From Candidatus Aenigmatarchaeota archaeon (GTDB lineage: Archaea; Aenigmatarchaeota; Aenigmatarchaeia; CG10238-14): a stretch of DNA of 64,000 nucleotides. Under the pieces are notes generated by a model that ran no database searches, had not been told where the DNA came from, and saw only the letters and a program-made list of their open reading frames with translations. The stretch covers positions 10,470-74,469 of the forward strand of contig JASEGC010000004.1 of NCBI GenBank assembly GCA_030018415.1. The letters run 5' to 3'. The number at the start of each line of letters is the position of its first letter. The stretch's first letter is position 1. The position numbers were made by a program, and so were the translations under genes. Below, in pieces: positions 1-9,060 of the stretch.

Positions 1-3000
1 GTAACTACACTTGGCAGACTGGTTGTCCTGGTTCAGGTTTTGATTCAAAGTTGGCTTTGTACCCACTCAACGTTACTTTAAGTGGGAGTGCATCTCCTTA
101 CTACATTATCGAAAGGAATGTGAGTAATACTAACGTAACATTGAAAGATAATTTGAACGTGACTGTAATTAGACCCCTTCCAAGCCAGATAATCCATGAG
201 CAGGAGAATGTCACTCTGAATTCCACGGTCTCAGATTCTTGCGGTGCTCCGAGTGAGAGTTACACAGTAACTTGGTATGGACAAAACACAAAGGCATGTA
301 CTCTGACGAATCCTGTCGCTACAGGCGATAACACAACCTGGCAACTTCCAGATGTATGTGTGCCACAAGTTTTAACTATAACAGCAAATGCAACTGGAGG
401 ATTCTACAATTCAAGTCAAAAGAGTGTTCAAATCTACTTGTATGGATGGTCTAGAGTGAGCATAAAAGACCCTCTTAACAACACAGAGATCAATAGGTCA
501 GCATACGGTGAAAAATACAATGTTGTTTGTTTTGTAGAGGACGTTAATCTTTCGAGTGGTATTGGTAGTTACTCAGTCAATTTCTGGTATTCCAATTCCT
601 CTGGAACTTATACCATGGGCAGTAATGCCACTACGTCAAACGGAAACGCTACACATGCATGGAACATCTCTAATTTTGCTCTATCAGAGGGATTTTACGA
701 TGTAAAGTGTAACATCTCAGATGACCCAAACCTTTACTACAATGCTTCTCTACCCGAAGATGTATCAAGAGATGTGAGGATAGTCGGAAGTTCTGACATT
801 TACCCACCAGAATTTTTGGAAGTTATTGCAACCTCTGCTAAACAATACGTTGAAAACGTTACCATAAACGCAAACATCTCTGATTTTTATGGAATCGATA
901 AAGTCTGGGCTTACATAACCTTTCCGAACAAGACTTTTGCTATCCACAGTTTAGCGAATACTTCTTCTAACAATAAAAAAGGTATATGGAACATATCTTT
1001 GAACTTTACAGACTTGGGAGATTATGATTTTATTCTTTACGCAAACGATACTAGTGGAAACAATGCCAGTGCCACAGGATGGTTTGAAGTATACCCAGCA
1101 ACAGTTCAATTCTACGGTAATACAACAGATACCGATGGAAATAAAGTATCTGTTGAGTTCATTTTCTACAGAAACGGAACTAATTCAATAATTCATACCA
1201 ATAGAACCACCACATCAAATGCGGAATATAACTTCACGATACGTAAAAGGATATACGATATAGAAATAAGAGTGTTTAATCATACTATTAAGTTCTTGGA
1301 AGTAAACATAACCAACAACACTGCAAATTCTGTAAGGGATTTCGATACTTTCACTGCTACGGTCGGTGACATAATAGGGGTCAGAAATTATCTCAAAACA
1401 TTGACGGTCAGGAGTACACTCAATTCCAGTAATGTAAACCTTACTATGAATTACTCAGATGTTATTGGTATTTATACAGACCCCACCTATCCTTATACGT
1501 TCAGAGAGACTGATTTAGATGTTTACAAATGTAGTGATTTTAATTTGACTGGAGAAACTTGGACTTGTTCTGGAGGTTGGACAAATCTAGATGGAAGTCC
1601 TGTTTTAGCTTCTGATATTATCACTATAACAACTAGTAGTCTTTCGGGATTCATATTGGGAGATACAGCCAATCCTAATGACGGCGTATGCGACAGGGGT
1701 GAAACCTGTGCCTATGATCCTACCTGTTGTGGTGGGCCGCCTGGTCAACAAGTTATTGGTGGTGGAGGAGGTGGAGCTGCAGCAAGACCTGAGTGTGGAA
1801 ATGGTATATGTGAACCAGGTGAAAATCGAGATAACTGTCCACAAGACTGTGGGACACCAGAGACACTCTTCAGTCTGAGAACAAATTTAACCGACATCCA
1901 ACTCGACCCTGGACAAGAAGAAACTTATGCGCTCTGGATAACCAACAACATAAACACTAACATAAACGCCTCTATCTCCATATTCGGAACTGCCAGCAAG
2001 TTCATCACTCTTGAAAAAACATCTGTAATGATAGAATCTAAAAAAGAGGAAATCGTCAAAATCTACGTTAAGATTCCTATCGATGAAGGCATGGCCACAT
2101 ACTCAGGACAGATATCCGTAACTTCTTACAACAAAACTCAAACACTTCCTGTAACTTTAAAAGTTTCTGCTAAGGGCGAGAAAGAGCTAGATGTGATAAT
2201 AAATGCATTGGACAAGAAAGTTGGTGTAAACGATACTGCAAAATTCCAAATTACAATATACAACACAGGATACATAAGAAAATTCTACGCAGACTTTCTC
2301 TATATAATAAAGGATTATTCGACTGAAGAAATTGCTTACATGGAGAATGAAACTAAATACATAGAAAGAACACAGTCATTTGTTAAAAACATTGATTTGT
2401 CTCAAATAAGTCTAAAACCTGGGAGATACTTCTTAGAGTTAAAGATAAAGTATGACGATAAAGAAACAACAGCATCAGACGACTTTGAAGTCATAGTATC
2501 TTTCTGGACCACTCGACGCATCAATCAAATAACTATCATTGTTCTGACCACGACATCTATAGTCTCCATACTCTACGCAAGGAAAAGATACTTTGAATGG
2601 AAGATCGCTAAGGCAAGGTACATTTTCCCGATAGATTTCGGAAAATTACCTAGAGGCAAGATATGGTTGGGTAAGATAGCTGAAACCGAGAGAAAGACGT
2701 ACTTCGACATGAATGAACTCAAAACTCATGTTTTAGTGGCAGGAGCAACTGGTGCTGGAAAAACAGTATCTGCCAGCATTTTTGTAGAGGAATTGTTGAG
2801 AGAAAAAATTCCAGTGATAGTGTTCGACCCGACAGCACAATGGACTGGATTTGTGAGGCCGTGTAGAGATACCAACCTATTGAAATACTACAAAGAATTT
2901 GGCATGAGTATAAACGATACGAGACCTTACACTGGGATGATATACGAAATAACTGATCCTAACGTACAGATAGATTTCAAGAAGTACATGAACCCAGGAG

Positions 3001-3692
3001 AGATAACGGTCTTCACACTCAACAAACTTAAACCAAGACAGTATGATGTTGCTGTGAGGAATATAATAGATACTATATTCGCACAGGGTTGGGAGGAATC
3101 GACAAAACTGAGGATGGTTGTGGTTTTTGATGAAGTACATCGTTTGTTGGAGAAGTATGGTGGTACAGGGGGGTACATTTCTCTAGAAAGAGCATGCAGA
3201 GAATTCAGAAAGTGGGGTATTGGACTAATAATGGTTTCACAAGTTTTGTCAGACTTTAAAGAAGCAATTAAAGGTAATGTTTTAACAGAAGTGCAATTAC
3301 ACACAAAATCATTGGGCGACTTAGCTAGGGTCGAGAAGAAATACGGCCTTGAGTATGCAAAGAGAGTGACAAAGTTAGAAGTTGGTGTTGGCTTAGTTCA
3401 GAATCCGAAGTACAACGAAGGTAGGCCATACTTTGTCGCTTTTAGACCGACTTTACACGAGCCACATAAGATTTCCGATAGAGAATTGGAGACTTACAAA
3501 GAATACGCTTCGCTACTCGAAATCATAGAATCCAACATTGAAGCGATAGAAAAAACTGGCGAAGACACATTCGAACTCAGAACCGAGCTCAAGCTTGCTA
3601 AGGATAAGTTAAAGAAAGGTAGGTTCAGGATGGCTAAAATATATATTGATTCTTTGAGAAAACATTTAAAGATAGGTGAGGAAAATACCTGA
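1..3692 (+). CDS. Large membrane-anchored surface protein, 5' end cut by the window edge. It has a sequon-rich ectodomain, Cys-rich modules, one TM helix and a C-terminal cytoplasmic HerA/FtsK-like (DUF87-type) P-loop ATPase.
   Basis: The frame of ORF 51..3692 stays open back to nt 3, so the N-terminus lies outside the window. There are dozens of N-x-S/T sequons and a CGNGICEPGENRDNCPQDCG module (~1790-1855). The hydrophobic helix INQITIIVLTTTSIVSILYA lies at ~2520-2580. Walker A is VAGATGAGKT (~2740-2770) and the Walker B-like motif is MVVVFDEVH. Confidence 0.75.
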   Translation, partial: NYTWQTGCPGSGFDSKLALYPLNVTLSGSASPYYIIERNVSNTNVTLKDNLNVTVIRPLPSQIIHEQENVTLNSTVSDSCGAPSESYTVTWYGQNTKACTLTNPVATGDNTTWQLPDVCVPQVLTITANATGGFYNSSQKSVQIYLYGWSRVSIKDPLNNTEINRSAYGEKYNVVCFVEDVNLSSGIGSYSVNFWYSNSSGTYTMGSNATTSNGNATHAWNISNFALSEGFYDVKCNISDDPNLYYNASLPEDVSRDVRIVGSSDIYPPEFLEVIATSAKQYVENVTINANISDFYGIDKVWAYITFPNKTFAIHSLANTSSNNKKGIWNISLNFTDLGDYDFILYANDTSGNNASATGWFEVYPATVQFYGNTTDTDGNKVSVEFIFYRNGTNSIIHTNRTTTSNAEYNFTIRKRIYDIEIRVFNHTIKFLEVNITNNTANSVRDFDTFTATVGDIIGVRNYLKTLTVRSTLNSSNVNLTMNYSDVIGIYTDPTYPYTFRETDLDVYKCSDFNLTGETWTCSGGWTNLDGSPVLASDIITITTSSLSGFILGDTANPNDGVCDRGETCAYDPTCCGGPPGQQVIGGGGGGAAARPECGNGICEPGENRDNCPQDCGTPETLFSLRTNLTDIQLDPGQEETYALWITNNINTNINASISIFGTASKFITLEKTSVMIESKKEEIVKIYVKIPIDEGMATYSGQISVTSYNKTQTLPVTLKVSAKGEKELDVIINALDKKVGVNDTAKFQITIYNTGYIRKFYADFLYIIKDYSTEEIAYMENETKYIERTQSFVKNIDLSQISLKPGRYFLELKIKYDDKETTASDDFEVIVSFWTTRRINQITIIVLTTTSIVSILYARKRYFEWKIAKARYIFPIDFGKLPRGKIWLGKIAETERKTYFDMNELKTHVLVAGATGAGKTVSASIFVEELLREKIPVIVFDPTAQWTGFVRPCRDTNLLKYYKEFGMSINDTRPYTGMIYEITDPNVQIDFKKYMNPGEITVFTLNKLKPRQYDVAVRNIIDTIFAQGWEESTKLRMVVVFDEVHRLLEKYGGTGGYISLERACREFRKWGIGLIMVSQVLSDFKEAIKGNVLTEVQLHTKSLGDLARVEKKYGLEYAKRVTKLEVGVGLVQNPKYNEGRPYFVAFRPTLHEPHKISDRELETYKEYASLLEIIESNIEAIEKTGEDTFELRTELKLAKDKLKKGRFRMAKIYIDSLRKHLKIGEENT

Positions 3693-4872
3693 AGAAAAGA
3701 AATCTAAATTTGGAAAATTTCTTGGTATGTTTAAAGGTAAAGAAAAAACTGAAGTAAAACCTGTTCTTGAAGAACCTGAAATAGAAGTTGAAGAAATGCC
3801 AGAATTTGAAGAAAAAGAAAGTCCGGAGAAACCAAAAGAAGAATCTGTAGAAACAGAAGTAGAGAAAACTCCTGAAGAAATGCAAAAAGAAGAGGAAGAA
3901 AAATTAAAAGAAGCTGAGAAAGAAAAGAGAAAAAAAGAAGCAGAAGAATTAAAGAAAAGATATGGTGTGATTAAAGAAATACCCGAGAGAAGAGTAGAAG
4001 AAGAATACATTGAAAAACCTGAAGGAGTGAGAGAGGAGTTTGAGGCTGAAACAGACATACCTGCCTTGCTTCTAAGGATGGAGAAGATCGATGGTAAATT
4101 GGAAATCTTAGATAGGTCAAGGGATGATATGACTGAAAGGATCATGCAGCTGGCTGGAGAGATAGGAGAGTTGAGGACGATGATAATGGAAAGGGAAAGA
4201 TCTTTCGATGAAATAAAATCCGATTTTGAAAAGGTCAAAGATACAGTAAGTGGGCTTGAACCGATAAGAATAAAGAGAGATTTCGAGAGGAGAAAGATGG
4301 AGATACTAGAGAACAAAGCTAAGATCGAACAATTAGAAACTTTGGTTAAAGCCTTGGGAGAGGAGAGCAAAAAATTCAGAGAACTCATGGAAAAAATAAA
4401 GAGTTTCGAGAACATCATAAACATTTCCTACGACATCGACAGAAAAGTTTCAGAGATCAACGAGATAAAAGATTATGCGAGCAAAGTTGGTTCAAAGGTT
4501 GAGAGTATATTCTCCGAGTTGAACGCGAAGGTAAGCGAGCTCGAGAGTCAGAGGGAGAAGATAGAAAAACTCGATGAGTTGACGGTTGAGATAACTAAGA
4601 TGTTGGATGAGATCAGCGTGAGGTTCACAAGGTTTGTGGAAGAGAAAGATTTGAAAGATTTTAAGAAAACTATAGAAGAGGATGTGAAAAAAATGTTGGA
4701 GAGTAAGGCACCAGTAGTGAAGATCAAAGGGGATCAGGTGATACAAGATCAAATATCACAATTGTCTACTCGTCTCTTAAAGTTGAAATCTGTAGTGGAG
4801 AGTCAGAATACAGTAATAAACAACATCATCGATTATCTGAGTGGGGGAGAGGCAACTCCAGCAGAAGCTTAG
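3676..4872 (+). CDS. Glu/Lys-rich coiled-coil protein
   Basis: 398-aa ORF with heptad-like E/K/L-rich composition throughout. GTG 3676 overlaps the upstream ORF by 17 nt; an alternative in-frame ATG is at 3727. Confidence 0.6.
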   Translation: MRKIPEEKKSKFGKFLGMFKGKEKTEVKPVLEEPEIEVEEMPEFEEKESPEKPKEESVETEVEKTPEEMQKEEEEKLKEAEKEKRKKEAEELKKRYGVIKEIPERRVEEEYIEKPEGVREEFEAETDIPALLLRMEKIDGKLEILDRSRDDMTERIMQLAGEIGELRTMIMERERSFDEIKSDFEKVKDTVSGLEPIRIKRDFERRKMEILENKAKIEQLETLVKALGEESKKFRELMEKIKSFENIINISYDIDRKVSEINEIKDYASKVGSKVESIFSELNAKVSELESQREKIEKLDELTVEITKMLDEISVRFTRFVEEKDLKDFKKTIEEDVKKMLESKAPVVKIKGDQVIQDQISQLSTRLLKLKSVVESQNTVINNIIDYLSGGEATPAEA

Positions 4873-5107
4873 GTTAATCACACAAAAATTATTCAATTTT
4901 TTTAGTCTCATGTTAATGGAGGTGATTTAATCCCGACGAGTAGGATAAAGGTTGATGTCAAGAGTGAAGTCTTGACTAAGGAAATGGAAGAATTAATCGA
5001 GAGAGTGATGATAGACATCGGTTTTGTCTTGATAAAGTACGCTGAAAGATGGAAGAATTTAAGTTCTGAGGCTGTTAAGGTTCAATAAAATCTACTAGAG
5101 TTTTTCA

Positions 5108-5191
5108 CGCCGAGACTGGGATTTGAACCCAGATACCCCGAGGGGAACTAGCTCTCCAAGCTAGCGCACTACCTGATTATGCGATCTCGGC
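5108..5191 (-). tRNA. tRNA-Ser (anticodon GGA), class II with long variable arm, no encoded CCA
   Basis: The reverse complement reads GCCGAGA..CTAGC-TTGGAGA-GCTAG..CCCCTCGGGG..CTGGGTTCAAATCCCAG-TCTCGGC-G. It has a 7-bp acceptor stem, a perfect 5-bp anticodon stem, a T-loop TTCAAAT and a long variable arm. Confidence 0.85.
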
Positions 5192-5557
5192 TTAAAGCCA
5201 TTTCTTAGTCATGTTCAATAATAAATCTATTCCTGCAACTATTATAGCTATTTCTAAACCTAAATTACTTAAAATTAATATCACGAAAACAGCTAAAGGT
5301 TTTAACACTGAATCCAAGAAAGATTTTACGAACAAAAATTTTGTCACTATCTCAGCTGCTACTAACAGTAATAAAATCCAACCTATTCCTATGCCGAGAA
5401 AGTAGTCTATTCCGAAGACTACAAATTTTACTAACAATGAGACCATGTCAAAGCCTAGTATGAATAAGACGATGCGAAACTTTATCCCTAAATTTAAAGG
5501 GTCAAACCACGCTAATACGATTAAAGCTAGACCGATTGTCTGCCTCAATAAACCCAT
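5192..5557 (-). CDS. Small polytopic membrane protein (hypothetical)
   Basis: 121-aa ORF with about 4 hydrophobic segments. Its TAA stop (5192-5194) directly abuts G1 of tRNA-Ser. Confidence 0.45.
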   Translation of the reverse strand: MGLLRQTIGLALIVLAWFDPLNLGIKFRIVLFILGFDMVSLLVKFVVFGIDYFLGIGIGWILLLLVAAEIVTKFLFVKSFLDSVLKPLAVFVILILSNLGLEIAIIVAGIDLLLNMTKKWL

Positions 5558-5588
5558 GATAATATTCCTTCGAGTATTAAATTCAAGA

Positions 5589-6350
5589 TTATCTTTTAAT
5601 CAACTTTCCAACAAACCTTTTAATCTTAGATGGTTTTTTATACTCAACTCCGATTAAATTGGCAGCAACTTCCATGAAATCATGACAAACTTTAGATTTA
5701 GGTTTATAATCAAAGATAGGTATGCCCAACGCAGTACTATCCATCACATCTTTGGTGAAAGGGACTGATCCAAGGATTGGGACATCAAAGAAGCTTTCTA
5801 AATCTTTCATCTTCACTTCAGACTTACTTTTTCTGATCATGTTAAAGACTATCTTAATCTTCTTGTCTTTCATACCACTCAAGTATTCTGCACATCTAAT
5901 CATATCGGTAAGGTTTGGTATGGCAGGAGTAGTGACGAGCAGTATCTCTTCTGCAGTTCTCAGGACAGATACCGCTTCATTTCCCAGACCAGGAGCGGAG
6001 TCTAGGATTATGAAATCGAAATTTCCTTTTTTTGATAACTTTTTAATGTAACTGTTTAATCTTTCAAATTCGATGTTCATGTCTTTCAATTCTTCAGAGG
6101 CTGGGATGAACAAAACGCCATCATGACTAGTAGGAGCAAACTTTATGTCTACTTCATCCCTGAAGACGTTGCTCAGGTTTATAGAATAGTTATCCACTCC
6201 AAGATAGTAAGCCACGTGTGGCGTGGTTATGTTGCAGTCTATTATCAAAACTTTTTTTCTGAAACGGCTCAATGCGATTCCTAAATTAACTGCGAATGTA
6301 GTTTTCCCTATCCCACCTTTACCAGAAACAATGCCTATAACTCTAGTCAA
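5589..6350 (-). CDS. minD: MinD/ParA-family P-loop ATPase
   Basis: Deviant Walker A SGKGGIGKTT, DCN/D motifs, and a basic amphipathic C-terminus KIKRFVGKLIKR. Confidence 0.85.
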   Translation of the reverse strand: MTRVIGIVSGKGGIGKTTFAVNLGIALSRFRKKVLIIDCNITTPHVAYYLGVDNYSINLSNVFRDEVDIKFAPTSHDGVLFIPASEELKDMNIEFERLNSYIKKLSKKGNFDFIILDSAPGLGNEAVSVLRTAEEILLVTTPAIPNLTDMIRCAEYLSGMKDKKIKIVFNMIRKSKSEVKMKDLESFFDVPILGSVPFTKDVMDSTALGIPIFDYKPKSKVCHDFMEVAANLIGVEYKKPSKIKRFVGKLIKR

Positions 6351-6437
6351 ATTATTCCCTCAGTCGATTTTTCTGATAATGAATTGGTTTTTTTTAAAAG
6401 TTAAGTATTTATCTCTTTGATAGTCTAGTTTAGAATT

Positions 6438-7481
6438 TTATGCTTTTATCACATTGTAGCCAGACGCTTTCTTTAATCTGTTCATTATAGCAAGTCCCAT
6501 ACCGCTTGTTTTCACACCCTCTGCGATGATCACATTTACTCTTTCTTTGTCGAATTCCCTGAAAATCCTGAACAAATTTTTAGCGATAGTTGTCAAATCT
6601 TTCCCAGCAAATTTGATCACATCAGAATCATAATCGTGCTTACTTATAGTTATGATTCCCACTTTCTTCTTTTCACTCTTATATTCGTTCACTAGCTCCT
6701 GAATTTTTCTTCTTACCGCTCTTTCTTTTCCTTCGACTACAATTAAATCTGCTTCCGGAGCGTAATGTCTGTATTTCATTCCGGGTGATTTGGCAGTGAT
6801 TTTTCTTATCTCCCTCTCTGCTTTTACGACAGGATGTAGCTTGATTTTTCCTAACACACTTTCCAGTTCTTCTAGAGTAATCCCACCAGGTCTCAAGAGG
6901 GTAGGTGGATGAGTAGTCAAGTCGAGGACAGTTGACTCCACACCAATTCTCGTCTTTCCAGAATCTATGATAACATCTATCTTTCCGTACAAATCATTTA
7001 TCACGTGTTCTGCTGATGTTGGGCTTGGCTTTCCAGCAAGGTTTGCACTCGGCGCAGCGATCGGTACTTTAGATTCTTTTATCAAAGCTGAAGCAATTTT
7101 ATTATCAGGCATCCTGATCGCTACCGTATCCAAGCCAGCAGTGGCTACGTCTGGCACTACTTTAGATTTTTTAAAGATGAGGGTTAAAGGGCCTGGCCAG
7201 AATTTTTTCATCAATCTTTCAGCTTTGACTGGTATTTCGGATGCTAGTTTGGAAACATCTTTTTTATCTGCGATATGAACTATAAATGGGTTGTCTTTGG
7301 GTCTACCCTTAACTTCGTATATTTTCTCGACAGCTTCGATGTTAAAAGCATTCGCTCCGAGACCGTAAACAGTTTCTGTAGGAAATGCAACGAGACCTCC
7401 ATTTATTATGGTCTCTACGGCTATCTTAATTTCATCGATTTTGAAGCTTTTTTCGCTAAGTTTGATTATTTTTGTGATCAT
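6438..7481 (-). CDS. sua5: L-threonylcarbamoyladenylate synthase (Sua5/YrdC family, with C-terminal Sua5 domain)
   Basis: The YrdC-domain motifs FPTETVYGLGANA, KGRPKDNPFIVH and APSAN are present. The 347-aa length fits the two-domain Sua5 form. Confidence 0.9.
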   Translation of the reverse strand: MITKIIKLSEKSFKIDEIKIAVETIINGGLVAFPTETVYGLGANAFNIEAVEKIYEVKGRPKDNPFIVHIADKKDVSKLASEIPVKAERLMKKFWPGPLTLIFKKSKVVPDVATAGLDTVAIRMPDNKIASALIKESKVPIAAPSANLAGKPSPTSAEHVINDLYGKIDVIIDSGKTRIGVESTVLDLTTHPPTLLRPGGITLEELESVLGKIKLHPVVKAEREIRKITAKSPGMKYRHYAPEADLIVVEGKERAVRRKIQELVNEYKSEKKKVGIITISKHDYDSDVIKFAGKDLTTIAKNLFRIFREFDKERVNVIIAEGVKTSGMGLAIMNRLKKASGYNVIKA

Positions 7482-7531
7482 ACCTATTAAAAACTAAACA
7501 ATAGATTAAAAAACTTTTTCCCACCTAGATT

Positions 7532-7846
7532 TCAATGAGAAATGCCCAATCGAGAACTTAAACGGCGCATCAAGTCGGTTATCTTAGGGGTTGAAATTAT
7601 CATGAACCAACTTCCGATTATCCCTCCAGTAATGGTAAAGCCCAATGCTAAATCCATTACCCAGTTCTCACTTATTAAGAATAGTTCGCCGTTCCATAGA
7701 TGATCTATTATCCCGAAGAGTGCACCACCTAGAAACATCAGATTGAGTGAGTTTTTATGAATTTTACTCTTTCTTCCTCTCAAAAACTCAATTGTTGCAG
7801 CTAACGTTGGTACAACCCAACAAACCATAGACATCACCTCCCCCAA
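7532..7846 (-). CDS. Small membrane protein (hypothetical)
   Basis: 104-aa ORF with 3 hydrophobic segments; no recognisable motif. Confidence 0.4.
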   Translation of the reverse strand: MGEVMSMVCWVVPTLAATIEFLRGRKSKIHKNSLNLMFLGGALFGIIDHLWNGELFLISENWVMDLALGFTITGGIIGSWFMIISTPKITDLMRRLSSRLGISH

Positions 7847-7919
7847 ATAAGTTTTGATGCACTAATTATTTTGATTTCCATATAAAAATATACTTCATAG
7901 GCTCGTGCTGAAAGTAAAC

Positions 7920-8330
7920 TTATTCAATTCCAATTACATTTATTCCTTTTACTTTAACAAAGTCTTTATCAAAGGTGGCAATATTTTTGATGCCCATTCT
8001 TTTCATTAAAGAAATAGTTGTACAATCAGTAAAGCTGAAATCAGTCTCTTTTTGTTTTTTGAATATCGTCCAAGCTTCTTCAAAATTAGAACTTGTAACT
8101 TCTAAAAGTTTTGTAGATCCTCTCAAATACCTCCCAATATTAACAGTTTTCGTCAAATTTTTTAAGCGGATGAAAATAACAGTTATAGTCTCATCAAAGA
8201 TATAATCAGAAATGTGAAGAAATCCGAATTTGCCTTTAATTATATCTGGCATTAAATTCCTTGCTTTACTATGATTTTCATCTCTGACATTATAAAAAGA
8301 TACTATGAAACTTGTATCTAAAATTATCAT
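7920..8330 (-). CDS. vapC: PIN-domain toxin (VapC-like)
   Basis: IILDTSF (acidic D near the N-terminus), FDETI, FTDCTT and ATFDKDF together match the PIN acidic-residue pattern. It has a 4-nt overlap with the upstream small ORF. Confidence 0.8.
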   Translation of the reverse strand: MIILDTSFIVSFYNVRDENHSKARNLMPDIIKGKFGFLHISDYIFDETITVIFIRLKNLTKTVNIGRYLRGSTKLLEVTSSNFEEAWTIFKKQKETDFSFTDCTTISLMKRMGIKNIATFDKDFVKVKGINVIGIE

Positions 8331-8605
8331 CTTTTCTTACCATATAGAATTTCATCAATTTCTTTGCTTGTTTTTTCAGTTCCTGGGCCCCAATCAAAAG
8401 GCTTTATTTTTAACAAATTTCTAGGATTAATTCCTTTTCCTTCCCTTCCTTTTTTGATCCATTCCCTCATCGCTAAAGTTAATGCTTCACCAACCTTCAT
8501 TCTTTCCGCTAGAGCTTTTTCTCTGAATTTCATGTAAGTTTCTTCATCTATACCTCTTATTGCGTGTAGTTCTTTTTTTTTCATTATGTATAACATGTAA
8601 AACAT
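8327..8605 (-). CDS. Putative antitoxin (VapB/RHH-like) paired with the PIN toxin
   Basis: Small ORF overlapping vapC by ATGA. The pattern IRGIDEETYMKFREKALAERMKVGEALTLAMREWI is ribbon-helix-helix-like. The real start is probably the internal MKKKEL. Confidence 0.6.
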   Translation of the reverse strand: MFYMLYIMKKKELHAIRGIDEETYMKFREKALAERMKVGEALTLAMREWIKKGREGKGINPRNLLKIKPFDWGPGTEKTSKEIDEILYGKKR

Positions 8606-8610
8606 TATAT

Positions 8611-9021
8611 TTAAACTTTTCCCTTAACAGTTTTCCAAAGGAATAGGTACTTCATCGGCATGAAAGACTCTAGATCAGTAGTGTAACCACATCTCCTACA
8701 AACATAACCGATATGAATTTTCTTGTTTAACAAATTCTTACCATATATCTTACTCACTTTTTTATCACAAACAGGGCATTTATCTAGTTTTGTCATCTTA
8801 GGAATTTTTTTAGTCTTTGCCTTTATCTCCACGTTTGGAATCTTTATCACAAGTTCTTTTACTCTTCTCGGCGAAAGTACGTATTTTTTATCGTATTTTT
8901 TCAATCCATCCAAGACATGATAGCAGAGATCTTCTTGCGATTGAACCACTCCTCTCTTTCTAAGAACTTCTTTTATTAAATTTATCACAAAATCTTGTTT
9001 AGGAATCTTCTTAGTTGGCAT
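8611..9021 (-). CDS. Zinc-ribbon protein (hypothetical)
   Basis: The CPVCDKK...CRRCGY four-Cys pattern is present; the N-terminal half is basic. Confidence 0.5.
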   Translation of the reverse strand: MPTKKIPKQDFVINLIKEVLRKRGVVQSQEDLCYHVLDGLKKYDKKYVLSPRRVKELVIKIPNVEIKAKTKKIPKMTKLDKCPVCDKKVSKIYGKNLLNKKIHIGYVCRRCGYTTDLESFMPMKYLFLWKTVKGKV

Positions 9022-9060
9022 ACCATCTATTAATATTTATTCAAAACTTTTAATAATGTT

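Noticed and set aside
3634-4424. Two long minus-strand ORFs (83 aa and 252 aa), Ser/Phe/Leu-rich, overlapping the coiled-coil gene
   Set aside because: They are the antisense reading of a GAA/AAG-rich coding sequence. The composition is low-complexity with no motifs, and they fully overlap a much better plus-strand gene.
4906-5088. Open frame ending ..EMEELIERVMIDIGFVLIKYAERWKNLSSEAVKVQ, preceded by a perfect GGAGGTGAT (4918-26)
   Set aside because: There is no ATG/GTG/TTG at a sensible distance from the SD-like motif; the nearest in-frame starts leave 34-38 codons. The motif itself is part of a trivial ATG..TAA mini-frame. A gene cannot be supported.
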